In this document: in pieces, positions 13,081-26,879 of the stretch
Numbering within the stretch: position 1 is the stretch's first letter
Layout: every line of letters starts with the position of its first letter
NCBI RefSeq assembly: GCF_018977255.1
Contig: NW_024704743.1
Location: forward strand, 98,396,001 to 98,460,000
Reading direction: 5' to 3'
Source of the DNA: Callorhinchus milii
Lineage: Eukaryota
Length of the DNA: 64,000 nucleotides
The notes under the pieces: generated by a model
Told to the model about the DNA's origin: nothing
The model's input: the letters and a program-made list of their open reading frames with translations, nothing else
Database searches by the model: none
Translations under genes and position numbers: made by a program

Positions 13081-15493
13081 ACAGAAGATAGTGTCAGTCT
13101 TGCTGCCTGTTCAGCCTTAGAAAATTAAGGCTTATACCGAAAGTTATGACTCTACAGTTTTCTTAAATTTTGAAGTCATTGTGTAAAAATCAGCCTCTAG
13201 CTGCCTTCATTATTACTGTAACCAAAAAAAATCAGCACTTGCAAAAGGCATGAGTTGACAATAGAAGAGGCTCCCAATGCTCCAAGGGTGGCTAAAAAAT
13301 AAGTTAAATACTGTAATAATAAATCTTGCATTTGATGCAGCACTTTTTACACTGGGAGGCTGCTTCAAACCACTTCACAGGATTTGCTGTAAAGTGATTT
13401 ACTGCAAACACCTACAAAAGTTCTCCATTATTCATTTTGGGTGTCCAAGACAGTATAAATGTGGCCACCAGTTGTAGAGACACTAAATAAATCGAGGAAT
13501 ACAATTCTGTGCAAATGCACTGGTGGCTCTGGAACATTCTTTGTGTAATATGGATCTAATATGCAGCAATTTTGAACAGGATTTCTTGATAAGGAATTCA
13601 AGTCATATCTCCTTCTAGTAAATGAACGTACATTCATGGGAAGTCTACTGCAAAAGTAGATGTGTCAAAAGTGGGTCCCTCAGATTAGCCTGAATTACTT
13701 CTGGGTTCCTTGTTAAGGAAAGCCATAGACTATTATTCTGATTTGTAGGAATATGAAGCTCATTATATTTATTTACATTTAGAGCTGGTAGTCAACCATG
13801 CAGGTGACTTCCTAATAAAAGCGATGATAGCAGCAGAAGGTCTTAAATTAGTATATTCTATATTTAATCACATACTGTCAAATAATGGACTTGCCACAAC
13901 AGGAGTGAAGTCAGGTGACTTTTGAAGGAGAATGCTTTAACAAGCCTCATCAACGCCATAGATTTTCCCAGTGCTGCATTAAAATCTGTTGAAATCAGAT
14001 GAATCCATCAATTTTAGGTGTACTATTTTGAAGAGAACTTTCATTTTACAGTAATCTGACTAAGTATTCTTACGTCATCCAAATTCCCCAAAACAAAGAT
14101 TAAATCACATTAATATTGCCATTTGCAGGTCGACACTGGTGCAATTTGGCTGCATTGTTGGCCTACAAAGCAACTGCAACTATATTTCCAATAAATTAAT
14201 GCGGTCTATACTCTCTCCCATTTTTTATTTAGTTTAATTAAGTTCAAGTATTATTTAATACTTAATTAAATGAAACTAATAGAATGTAAATACTCCTTAA
14301 TATTAATTAAACAATATATTTATTTCCCCAGTTCCCAGATGGTTCTGTAGATCAATGTGAATTCAGCAGTACAGATCATGAAGAGTCCAGTTTAGATGAA
14401 TGTCTACTTTGCTTGAGGTATTCTCAGCCATAGTGATAGAGGAGCAAAATACAGTAATTAGTTCTAGAGTTCCAAGTACTTTTTTCAGGGGGAGGGGAGC
14501 ACACTTATGCTGTCATTGTAGATAAAGGCCGAGCAAAGGCAAAGTATTTCACCTCAAGGAGGGAAAATGAGAGGCAGAAGCACCCAGGCCACTCTCACAC
14601 ATATCAGCCATTAGCTTTAGGACAGGGAGTCTGATCACTTAATCATTTGTGCACAATGAAAGGGATCATACAAAAGGCAGGCAATGAAAGGCCTGAAAAA
14701 TGATTTTAAAATGCGAGGAGAAAGTTCAGTCTGGGTCCTCTAATAATCTTTAGTTTTACTATTTATGGCACCATCGGAAGAGAGAAAAAGCGATACCTGG
14801 TTCTTCGTATACAAGAAATACTGCACCCAAGGCAGAGCTTCATAAGCAACAAAATTCTCCACTGATATGTAGAAAAGCACAGGAAGATGCATTCTAAATG
14901 AAATATAGCAGCATTTCTTAATATTTTGTTTTCTCAAAAACATTTAATTTGCTTCTTAAGCTTCCTGCTGAAGTATAATTGTGAGTAACATTTTGCTGAT
15001 TCTGAAAGAGGTAGAACATGAAAGGAGTAGGTTGGATTTGAAGCTGAGCCTTAGCTGTTTTAGGAAAACTGTATGTTTAAGTTAACTGAAGAGCAAGTGG
15101 TACACAAGAAGAGATTTGCTAACTGATGGATACTTGATTGGGGAAAGTGCAGAATAAAACACTTTAGTACGATAGAAAGGACACTTATGTTTACTTTCAA
15201 CTTTGAAGAAACAACCATTAATTAAAGCTTCAGAATAAGGGCTGTGCCGATTTACTTGATGCTATTATTTCAGTGAGTATTATTCAATAGCATTGTCAAC
15301 GCAAAGAAAACTGCTCAGGAGACCTATGTTTTGTTTGAGGAGCGGAGCTTGAAGTGCCAGATCCTATTTTGGTTATGACATTATGCCACATTTCGCGACA
15401 TGATGTGTTTCAACGAGGTTTACAACTTAGCATTGTGCGTATAGAAGAAACTTGAAAAGTTTCTCAAACATTTACTTCTACCTACAACAACGC

Positions 15494-15789
15494 TTAGAGC
15501 ACTTGCCTCGCAAGCGAGAGACCTGGGTTCGATTCCCGGCTGGGCGAAACTTTGGGCAAGTTTCCTTACCCCACACGCCTAATAATAATCCCTCAAGAAA
15601 AAAAACAATAATCATTTAGTCACTCAATCCACGATTATTTGTGGGACGCTGCTGTGCACAAATGGCTGTCGCGTTTCGCCCACAAACACACAGTCAATTC
15701 ACTTTACAATATATTCTATGAAGCGCTTTGAGACATCTCGAAGACGTGAAAAGCGCTGTATCAAATGCAAGGATTATTATTATTATTAT
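15494..15789 (+). mobile_element. Young tRNA-derived SINE, short form (resembles SINE2-1_CM from memory)
   Basis: Pol III B-box 'gggttcgattccc', Deu-like core 'gtgggacgctgctgtgcacaaatggctg', L2-like tail ending (att)n. Confidence 0.9.
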
Positions 15790-16046
15790 ATGGTTGCCTT
15801 TACTTGGGAGTGGCGTTTCGGATGATTTACAGAGATGGTGCAATAGACCAGACAGGGGACAGGGAGGAGGGAGGTAACTTTAGGCACATTTGGGTATCTC
15901 AAGGCTCTATCCTCTGATCTCTAGTTTTATCCGCAGCGGTAATATTGCTATGAAGTCACATAATTTCACAGGCTGGTTTCAACAAAACCTGTTCTTATCT
16001 AACGATTAGGTATAATACTGTGTTATTTAAGGCCTAATTCCAGACC

Positions 16047-16432
16047 TGGAGTCCTGTAACTGCCGTTAGAGCACTCGCCTCGCAAGCGAAAGGACTTGGG
16101 TTCGATTCCCGGGCAGGGTGAAACATTGGGCAAGTTTCCTTGCTCCACACATCTCTGTTTACCTAGCAGTAATAGGAACTCGGTTGTTAGGCGATTGGTG
16201 GATTACTTTTCTGAGGGAAATAATCCCTTGAAAAAAATGCAATAAACTAAAAGAATAGTAATTTGGTCACTCAATCCATAACTGTTTGTGGGACACTGCT
16301 GTGCACAATTGGATGCCGCGTTTCGCCCACAAAAATAGTCAATTCACTTTTTAGTGTATTCTGTGAAGCTCTTTGAGATGTCTCGAAGACTTGATAAGGC
16401 GCCAAATCAAATGCAAGGATTGTTATTATTAT
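16047..16432 (+). mobile_element. Young tRNA-derived SINE, longer form
   Basis: Same head, core and tail as 15494, plus an extra ~70-bp segment 'ctgtttacctagcagtaataggaactcggttgttagg...'. Confidence 0.9.
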
Positions 16433-19400
16433 AAAGCACAAAAACTAAGCAAAGTAGCAATGGTTTATATAAAAAANGAAAGTTGAGTGATTTCAGATTG
16501 CTGCTTGCAGTAAAATTCAACAATTTTAAGGGGGTTGCCGTTCGCCTTGAATAGATATAGAGGATACACTGCGGAAGTGTCTACTTCGGTGTTTTAAAGT
16601 GCAGCTATGATACCACTGGGGATTGTGAATCCACAGCGCAATATACCAGGGTTTGGTGCTGACTAACCAGCTTCCTGTGCTAAAAAAAAGCCGATTTCCA
16701 CTTTATCAAGTCACGGCTGACACCTCTTCCTGCGGATTCGAGCAAACGTGCTGAAAGGGGGTTTAAAACCATTTTTCCCTGCAGGGTTTTCATTTTCTAC
16801 CTGAAAGGTGATATTTGTTGTTGTTGTTTTTGAGGCTCCCCTTCTGCTGAGAGAGGTTGCTGCTGACCCTGAATGATATTCACAGTGGTTAAAAGTCCTC
16901 TTCAAAACAATTGCGAGATTAACTGCCAGGAAACCATCAATTCATAAAAACACACTATTAAAAAGTCTATTAGTAAACAAGGTTGTTTATCAGCCTTCTA
17001 ATTATTTTCTTATTTTACCATTTATCATTTTTACTCCATTGCCTATATTAATTTCCTATAAAAAAGCTTTTACATAGTAGCAATAGCTTATTTTTATTCA
17101 AAAGCACGTCTGAAAGGTAAACAAATAAATAATAACCTCAGATGTTGCATTCAGTAGCGAACGCAGTTAAGGAATTGTAATTCATACGAATGTAAGTACG
17201 GGACAGTTGCAGATGAACAGTCAAATAAAGGTATTGATCGATAAGAGTGCATGGTTGATAAACATCCATAATGGAGCCTTTGGGGTAAGAAGCTCAGGTG
17301 ATAAAGTCAAGAGTAGAACTGTATGTGAAAAATCTGTTCAGGAAACTGGCCCCTGGAGCTCAGTCAGCCTTTATTTGGCATCTCTCCTGACAGCAAGGTT
17401 GAGGCTGGGAAGTCAATGTGTGAAGAACTGCATAACACTGTCCAACCTAGCTAATATTGTAGTATTGTCGCTGTCACAATGTAGACTGCTTTCACCAATT
17501 AATAAGATGAACACAATTGACTCATTAAGGCATACTTAGCTAATTCTAATCAAGGGAAAAATATACAAACCCATAATTACACCTGAATCTCTAAAATACT
17601 GCAGCCTTCCTTTTGCTTACTCTCATGGGGGATTCACACTACTCATCATTGATAGCACATTGCAGTTCAGTATTTTAAGGAATTAAACATGAATTTTTTA
17701 TTTGCTTTCACCAATTAAATTCTGGAAAAAAAACCAGAGCGAAACATTTCTAAATGGTCAGCACAACTCCCTGTGTCTGATTTACAAGTGCTGCTAATTA
17801 TAGCTAGTAAGCTTAATAATTATGATGCATACAAATAATGATAGATTTTCACAAACATATATGACAAACTGAATAAAATGGATGTTGTGGTCTAGTTTAT
17901 ATTTCATGTACTGAGGTATAAACAGTGTGCATTTCTAACTACTACAAGGTTGCCTTTAAAAGTGCCAAATTAAATGAACACATTCCTATTTTAAACATTT
18001 TGATTAAAGTGAGAGTTTTCTTGTATCTTAATTTACATTGTTCATGGATTTACTGAGTAAGCATCATTTACATTTTAGCTTCAGTTTTTGAATGTAGATT
18101 GTCAATATTGTGCTATTATTTACTTTATCTACTCATTTATGAGTTGAAGAGTGACCGATGCGCTTATGTCAAGTATCAATGAATAAATATCAACAGTTCT
18201 CATTTCCTATGATTTCCTCACTTCAGCAAATTTATGTAAATCAGTGTCCCATTGCAAATACTAGCTGTTTAGAGCTACACCTGATAAATGAAGGTTTGTC
18301 ACTATGCTGTGGAACATAATAATCTCCACAATTCCTCATGTAACTTTACACCATACAATTGAAGAGGAGCTGAGCAGCAGTTAGGCATTGGCCCAAGGGA
18401 CATTTGAAGGACAACGAACCCTCTTCACTCTCGTGAGTTGGTTACAAATCAGTATTTGCAGAATTCAAAGTAGCATATTCTTACCTTTGTCACAGGGAAA
18501 ATTAAAAAGAGTCGGCATACACGTAGTCCCTCTTTATTTACAGCCCTCCTAATGCAAACTTTACTAGCATAAATCTTCAGAATGAATGTACTGCACTTTA
18601 CAAATGTGATATAAGTAAACATTAAGATGTCTCCTGAAACGTCCTTCATCACCTAAATTCTGTCATAAACTATATTTAATTGGCACCTGTTCTCCTCCCC
18701 TCGCTTCTTCCTATCCTGAACACATTTTGATTTGTTTATCCCTCCACAAGGGTATAGTTCCACAGACACTTGGTACCTTCTGTTACCTTGCTCAAACGAC
18801 CTGATTCAAGTGTGAGCCTTGAAGCTGAGGAGTGTTAGGATGTTCGGCTGAAGAGCATCACAGCCAAGCTCAATACTGTTCTCTGGATAGATCTCTGGTT
18901 TGCAATTAGGAACAGGAAAGAGAGCAGGGCTTCTTCTCCTCATCTAAGATTCAGAGACAAATTCTCAGATTACAGACCAGGATTTCAGCTAACAATCTCA
19001 AGCCTGTATGCCCTTCTGCTGCACCAAGGGCTGTCTTATTTCACTATCAATGAATTCTGTATTGCATTCCTTCTGCATACAACCAATTATTCTGTACTTA
19101 ACTGAACACAAATATTTCTTTCAAATTATAGACGGAATAAAAAGGAAATAGGGCAGATTTAATAAGAAATATACATTTGCAAAAAANGTGAGAATAGTTT
19201 ATCAATTTTAAAATTGAGTGGTGTTTTATCTGTTATTTTCCAAGTGCAGTTGCAGTAATGAGATTCTGCTGATTTGCAGGATAGTTTATACTTGATCTCC
19301 ATTACTTTTCAAACATTTCTATTCTACTGCAATTCAGAACCAACTATCTGTACATATAAAATTCTCATTGTCACCTGTACAAACAAGTTACCTTTTTAAT

Positions 19401-20747
19401 ATTTATAGAAAACTTCTACGCAGAAAGTTTCAATTATGCTTATTCTGTTTTAATGCACTGAAAGCAAATGCCTTAACAAAAATATTCCAATATTTTTACT
19501 CTAGTGGGACAAACACAATGAGAAAGTACACAATTGTGATTTTTTTGCTGACACTGCGCAGTATGAGTGATGTTTCTCCAAAATTTAATCGAAAGGTAAA
19601 ATCTAGATTTCACTGTGTTAAGTCCATATAGAATACAGATTGATAATCACACTTCAGTGCAATATATTTTCCAATAAACAACTAAATATCTCATCCCCAA
19701 GTAATCTTTGCTTTTAGATTAGTAATACGTACATTTAAAAAAACACACACAAAACACATACAGATGAATTTGGTTAAATCGTAGCTGTAATGATCTAATT
19801 ATTTTTTCTCCCTACTTAGAAAACTAGATATCTTGAAGTTGAATGAATGGTTCTCCATCTCCTTTGAGATGTAATTTTAAATCTACATCACCTCTTCCTG
19901 ACCCCTGACATTTACCAAGCTGGCAAGTGATAACATTTGAGCCGGTCCAACCTGACAGCATCAATAAGAACCCAAAAAGATCAATCTGGTTTGTTTTATC
20001 CAGATAATGACTTTTTGCTAGAGGCTTGCTTGCTCTTTACCATAATATCAATAACAATACAACAGCAATATTGGTGGCTCAGCAGCATTATAACATTTCC
20101 AGCTCCAATTCCACAAGGACTGAATCAAACTATGGTCATTAAGACAACAGTTACGTTCTTCCAAATGCAATTTCTATAATGTTTTTTAGCAATAATTTCT
20201 ATTTAATTATAGTTTGCAACATTATAATGCTTTTTTTTAAACGGAAGGGAGGCTAGATTTATGGCACAGATCCAGGTCATAAAACATTTAAATACACTTC
20301 TATTAAAAAGTAGCAATATATGGCAAAAATCAAAGTAAAAATGAATTACATTTCAAGCCTCAGAGTGCTGCAAATACATGTACTCATTGAAGCCTGATCG
20401 TGCAGAGATTAACCTGGTCACATCTAGATGAGAGCCTGTCAATCTTGTTCTACATCTTTTCACAGGCTGTAAAAACATCCTGCCTACAAGTTTTTCAACC
20501 AAAGACTAATTTTAAAAATAGATACTCTCACTTACTGAAGGAATGGTAGGAGCAGGGACACAGAACGAGGTTGTCGTACATTTTACAGATTTAAAAAAAC
20601 ACTGACTCGATAGAAAGGAGATAGAATGAAGCAAAAGAGGAATAACAAAATGAATAAAAATGCCATAGCAAATTAGGGAAGATAAAATAGAAAAGACAAA
20701 AGCAAGAATAGATAATATTCAGATGGACATAAACAATTCACTAATAC

Positions 20748-20932
20748 TGGGGAGTTTCTCCCAGTGTCTTAGTCATCAATTCTCCAGATAAAATTGATAA
20801 AATTTACTTCACTTTGTTTGTGTCTACAAAATACACAGTCACTACACTTCACAATAAAATCCTCTGGAGGGCTTTAAGATGTTTTGACAATGTGGTGAGA
20901 AACAATATCAAATGCAAGGATTATTATTATAA
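20748..20932 (+). mobile_element. Deu-type SINE 3' half
   Basis: 'gggagtttctcccagtgtctt' through to the tail 'atcaaatgcaaggattattatt'; matches 63541-63790. Confidence 0.8.
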
Positions 20933-21134
20933 TGTTCTTAAAATACTTTTTATTCAGTTAATTTTAAAATTTATTTTAGTGGGTGAAATTAATAGGGCAA
21001 AGAAGTTATCCTAAATTTCAGTAGTTTGAGCTGAAACCAAACTGAACCAGCAGGCTTCAGACGAAAGTCTCCATAGACAGCATTAAATTTAATAAAATTT
21101 AATTTTTGGTCAACCAGGTGACTGATCAATCACC

Positions 21135-21271
21135 ATCCTTAAGGTCCACCTCAAGATGTACCTTTTTGACTGAGCTTTCCCCTCCCTGGCTCACCCCCAG
21201 TCAGCCAGTCAGCAGTGTCACTGCCTTGAAACGTCCTCCGATATGAAAGGAGCTATATAAATATAAATTGT
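21135..21271 (+). mobile_element. L2 3' end
   Basis: 'ctcaagatgtacctttttgactgagc' and 'gaaacgtcctccgatatgaaaggagctatataaat'. Confidence 0.75.
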
Positions 21272-21294
21272 AGAGTATTCAGAGTATTCAAAAC

Positions 21295-21485
21295 AGAATG
21301 AGAGTTCCACACATGCATGCCACCTACACATGGGAATTTTCCTGTGCCTGGAATGGAATCCACACTTTCACTGAAGGGATGCACATATCTACTGAATTCT
21401 GGAAAATATTAACTGCAGATTGACGAGAATCAAGAATTGGGGACCCCAGAGTGTGTGCTTGGACTGGAGTTTAAGCAATTAGCGT
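21295..21485 (+). repeat. Unclassified dispersed repeat, copy C (most decayed)
   Basis: Shares 'tacacatgg', 'ggaatggaatccacact', 'tggggaccccagag' and 'ctggagtttaagca', in the same order, with the reverse complement of 29520-29720. Confidence 0.65.
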
Positions 21486-21845
21486 TGAGAAAGCCTGGAA
21501 TTGGACTTGGATCTTTAGAACATCAAGGCCTCTGGATCATTGCAAATGTTCCTGTTCAGGTCCTTGCATTATGCTGAAGGCAGATGTCCATCAAATTACT
21601 GATATTTTGGGACAACTCCTAGAATCTCGATTTGTGAACATATCCTCATTCGTCTAGAGTTTGGTGCCCACCTTGAAAAAGTGTGCACTCCATAATAGAT
21701 GGCAGAAACCATCCACATATGGAACTCTCAGTAGTTTGGTTTAGACATGGGGTTCTCTTTACGACGGTATATACCGTATCTCAGAATACAAAATATCGTG
21801 TGGGACATGACATGTCAAGCTACTGCCAGGATAGTGGAAGGCAAT

Positions 21846-21906
21846 CAACAACAACAACAAAATTACATTTGTATAGCACCTTTCACATCGGGAGGACGTT
21901 CCAAGG
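21846..21906 (-). mobile_element. L2 tail-only insertion
   Basis: (caa)n followed by 'aattacatttgtatagcacctttcacatcgggaggacgttccaagg'. Confidence 0.8.
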
Positions 21907-24504
21907 AGCTGATGGATTAGATGGACCTTGGTTTTCTTTCACCTAGCAAATTCTTATGTTCTTATATAGTCATGGGTTCCATGTCAGATCCCCAGCTGAC
22001 AAAAAAAAACTTCCATTTCTTCCTAGTGATTGATTTTTCTTACTCTGTTTAAACTTTTGTTTAAATGTATAATCATGAGAGTGAAAGACATTAAAAAAAT
22101 ACAATCTATACTACAGAACACTGCAATAATGCGTCAACACAGTACATCCTGTTTATTCATCAGGGTAGCATTGAAGAGAATGAATGCCTATTCAGAACAA
22201 CAGATGGATCAATAAACCTTAATAAAAAAAGTAATTATCTTTATAAGTTTTCTTGATTTAACAATATCTTTTTAAAGTGTGCAAGCATTACTTTAATTAC
22301 GTTCATAAAATGTTAACTTCCAATGCTTCCACATGCCCTGGGAAGAAAAATTATAGTTTAGAGAACCAGTTTAATTATAGTTTAGAGAAGGGATCTGAAG
22401 GGACCTGAGAATAATACCATAATAACTTTGCATTAAAATGAACGATGTACGAGTTGCAGCGTGATTGGGAGATAGTTAATAATACTTCATGTACCTCGGC
22501 AGTTTGTTCACAGAAATAGGAGAATAAAGAGGTTATCCAGAGAGACTCGCAAGGATGCTGATCAGATAAGATTCCTGCTGAGAAGATGGACGGGTTTTCA
22601 ACATTATAGATGCTGGGTACATTTTTTTCAAATGGTAATCAGAGGTCTTACTGAGCCATGAAAAGTTAAGTTCCAGGATGAGGGATGGCAAAATATACTG
22701 ATTTGAAAACTAAATATGTTTTGATTGATGCAACAAGACGTGAGAGCAAAGTGGTCCTTATTTTTGGACCAGTGGGGGTCTCTGCCAGGCTAATCAAACA
22801 TGTTGATAATGAGGATGAGGAGGGGAAACATTGTTTCCTTCTTTGACATACAATACTAGTAGCTCAAGGAATTGCAGAAAACTAGGCAGGGATGTACAGT
22901 AGTGACAAGAGCTTGATGATAACTGTGAGACATGAGACATGATTAATGAGGCCGGTGGGCTTTCATAAAGTGCTTACTGGGTTAATAAAGATTTAAGGGA
23001 ATGCTCTCTAGCCTGCTGTAGCAAGGATGAGCAGCTCCACTTTTGCTTTTAACTCAAAAACAATCTTCAAATTATTTCAATTATGCCACAATAGATCTCA
23101 GGGCAACAGGAAAGACAACTGCTGGTGATCATTGAACCAAATAAAAAAGCAGTTCTAACAGATGGCCTTGGATAACCACTCATTACTTTATTAAGTGAGG
23201 ACCGTAAGTCTAGTTTCCCAAATAGAACTTTTCAATCTCGGCCATGCCATAAGGAGAAGCATGCAGGTGCTTCCTCACAAATGATAGTAAAATAGGAAGT
23301 GAAGTAATGCTTTTGTATACCCCCTAGTGGCTGGTTATAGAATGAGTTTTGGAAATATGGTGCCACTCCCACCATTTTGGCCAGCGAATAATGCGTTTGA
23401 GAGCGAGGGAGCAAGGGAGTGAGGGAGCAAAAGAAACTAAATTCACCACAAATCTGAAGCATTCGTCCTCAAAAATGTTGTGAGCTTTTCAAACATAACA
23501 ACAACAACTTGCATTCATATAGTGCGGAACAGTATCTCAAAGCGCTTGCAAAGTCGAAAGATGGGAAAGGACGATACTCGTTCTTTTATTGAAACCAATT
23601 CATGTGAGAACATGTTACACCATATGAAAGAAACAGCTAAATAACTGATTTAATCCCCTCTCTCCCTCACCTTTATTTCCCCTAAAGGAACAGTCTAGAA
23701 CTGCTCTGCGGCCAGCAGCCAAGCATTGGCTTCTTTTTGTTTAAAAAAAATAGAAACACTAAACCTTTTACTGAAGGAAACTGGAATTTCTCATATTTGG
23801 CATATTTTGCCAATATAAAAGAGGCCCCAGTGGTCTGCATGTGCAGTTAAACCTGCTACTGTGCCTTGTTCATGGAGAATTGTAACAGTGATGAACTGTG
23901 GATAGAGACCATTATATGTAGAATGGATCCAGTGTAAAATATTCGGTACTGTTTGAATGATAGCTGGAAATAACATCATGATTAATCAAAAAAATTAAAT
24001 CAGAATCATAGCTTTCATTCATTACTGTGGAGTTCATTCACTTATCCCTCTAAATTATATACTGTTGTAGTCCAATCTAGGTGGGATAGATACTGCAAAA
24101 TAAATGTACAAAAAATGCATACCAGTAAATTTTGGCAGGGCAATTTCATTAGTGTCACATAAGCATCTTCTGATAAAGTACATTACAATGTAAACTCCTG
24201 CATGGGTAGAAAGGCAATTAGGAGATAAAGTGAAGCATTGCTACTAATCCTTAACATGTTAAATTCAGTGATGGAATAACACACTTCTCCTCAGCTTGCA
24301 AAGCCTATAAATCATATCTTATGTCAACACTATCAATAATTATACAACTTAATTAAAGAAGTTAATGGATTCCAAAGCTTAGTTTTCAGTAAACAATTTT
24401 ATCTTCATATTAATGTCAATGTTCTGCATTTAAACAACATTAAACTACTAGTTCAGACATTCTGTCATGCAACATTCTCCTACTCTACGGTGGGGAATGG
24501 AAAA

Positions 24505-25009
24505 TTAGTACTACATAAGCAGATATGAAATCTGTTTATGGGTCGGAATACCATATCCTCAGTTTTGTGGTTCGCGATTTATGACTTGCTAGTACTACTT
24601 ATTTTACTACTTATTTTAGGCGATACGAGCGCATGCGGTGACAGGTATGCCGGTCAAGACTCTGTTTCCTGCGTTTGTTTCAAACGGAACACCGTGCATC
24701 CAAACTTCAATGGAGCCAGTAAGTGCACATGCATTGATGGAGCAAGACTTTGTTTCCCACGGTTATTTCAAACTGAACACTGTGCATGCAGTACTTGAAT
24801 GCAGATGATAAGTACGGTAGCAGCATTACGAGTTAGTAGATGATTTGTATAGGATTTAGGATTAAATGTGACCAAGAAACCATTACGATTTAGCTGTTTT
24901 TACAACTTACAAAATACAACTATGACAAGAATCTGAATGGGACTCCAGTGCATGTACGACTTAGGCAATTATACGATTTATAAAGAAACGACTTATGTGA
25001 GTATTACTG
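24505..25009. mobile_element. Possible decayed Tigger/pogo-type non-autonomous DNA transposon
   Basis: CpG-richer than its flanks; repeated TACGA(C/T)TT motifs; right end 'cgacttatgtgagtattactg|ta'; only a weak counterpart at the left end ('tagtactacataag'). Confidence 0.35.
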
Positions 25010-25381
25010 TATTCAATGAGAGTACCATTATCATATCATATTTAAGCAGGATTTGGTACATTTTTGTTTCAATGGAGCTAGCAGCTGAGCTGTAAACATG
25101 TCGTCATACAACCAGAGCAGTCAGGTTTATTATGAACCAGGAAAAAACTCACTCTAGTGTTGCACAGACTTTATTTATTGGCTTGAAAATAAATGCTGTA
25201 GCCCAAATAAGAAACTGATTTTGGAAATTGCCTCTTACAATTGTCATTAAATGTTCTGTTTATCTCCATTAAAAATGCAGGATTTAACACATACAAAGAC
25301 CAAATGATTCAAAATAACCTTCTCATGTTTCATTGATATTGAGGTAAACTGTTTCTTCATTAATCACAACAAAAGCATTAC

Positions 25382-25691
25382 TAATAATAATAATCCTTGC
25401 ATTTGATATAGCACTTTTCACGTCTTCTAGACGTCCCAAAGCGTTTCACAGAATATACTGTAAAGTGAATTGACTGTATATTTGTGGGCGAACGCGGCAG
25501 CCAATTGCGCACAGCAATGTCCCACAGACAGTCATGGATTGAAAATGACCAATTTATTATTGCTTTGTTTTTTTGGAGGGATTATTATTAGGCGTGTGGA
25601 GTAAGAAAACTTGCCCAAGGTTTCGTCCTGCCTGGAATTGAACTCAGGTCTCTCACTTGCAAAGCGATTGCTCTAACCACTGAGCTCCAGC
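25382..25691 (-). mobile_element. Full-length young SINE, short form
   Basis: Reverse complement of the 15494 element, including the head 'gctggagctcagtggttagagc' (A-box). Confidence 0.92.
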
Positions 25692-26879
25692 GATGCATGC
25701 AGATTTTTCTATTTCTAACAATAATTCTGACTCGATGCTTATCTGTCTAATTCTATTATTCTTAAAAGATCATGAGGAACTGAAACTTCAGTGGTCATAA
25801 TCATCACTCGATGCAAAGATCCAAACTACAATGTTTGATAAATGCATCAGAATTGCTCTAAGTCGCAGCCTGGCAAAGGCTATTAATTGAAACCATTTTA
25901 AGAGCTGTTTTTATGAGCTGCACAAGATGCAGCTATAGAACATGTGAAGAGTAACCTTCAGCTTCTGCAGAAGAGATTCAACCTACAAGATTCTAACAGT
26001 GAGGATATTTTCAATTACTGAGTTCAGAGACAGACAATGTACTAGAGCTATAACAAACAAACGAACAATAGGACTTTCTCAGTCATTTAGTTCTGCCAAC
26101 ATAGGAAATTGTTAGCAATACATTTAAATCAGGTAATGAGAAAGAGGGTAAAAAGAAGAAACTCTGATCCCGACTATGGTAGAACAGTGAAAAAATTAGG
26201 TCAACATTTAGACTGAGCACTGCTCAATTAGGAAACCAAGTCATAATGTGACTAAACAGGAAAGAACATTTAATTCAGTAACTCTTATGAGTTGAAACTA
26301 AGGCCAACAACAGTGTTGTCTTGCAAGCGATTTTTTTTCTTAACAAGAAGTCATCATAAAATCCAACAAGTGGATACATTCACTCAAGAAAAAGTCAGTT
26401 CAGATCTCAGGATGTTCTGAGTTTAGTTTCCATACACCCATTAAGGGGGATATCAGATGATGGTATCATAAAGTAAATGGTTTATGAAATATTGCTATGG
26501 CTGCCATATGTACTCTAATTGGATTTAAACTCATAGTATAAAAGTGACAGTAAATATTCTAGCATAGATGGAATGTCAAGGACAGCAGATTGATGAGTTT
26601 GTCAGCATATCAGTGAACAAACCTTTTCAAGTTCAATATGTATATTCTACTATTAGAGATCTTGCATACTGCTTTTAACATATCAACCATCTCCTGATCT
26701 AAAAATCCAGTAGAACCTTTGCAGAGTAATATATACAAGATACTAAATAGGATAGAGAAAGTAAACGCAGAATGCCAAGACAGCAAAGCAACATTTAGGT
26801 TTGTGAGACTCAACAGCGAAGCTATCAATTGTTGGAATCAGATCATATGCCCTTGGCACTCTGGGATTATTCTCTTTAC

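Noticed and set aside
15494..15560. tRNA gene (also at 16047 and 25620-25691)
   Set aside because: The A/B boxes run straight into SINE body and tail, so these are tRNA-derived SINE heads.
16476..16476. Single N bases after A-runs (16476, 19187, 36767)
   Set aside because: Homopolymer-length uncertainty in the assembly, not biology.
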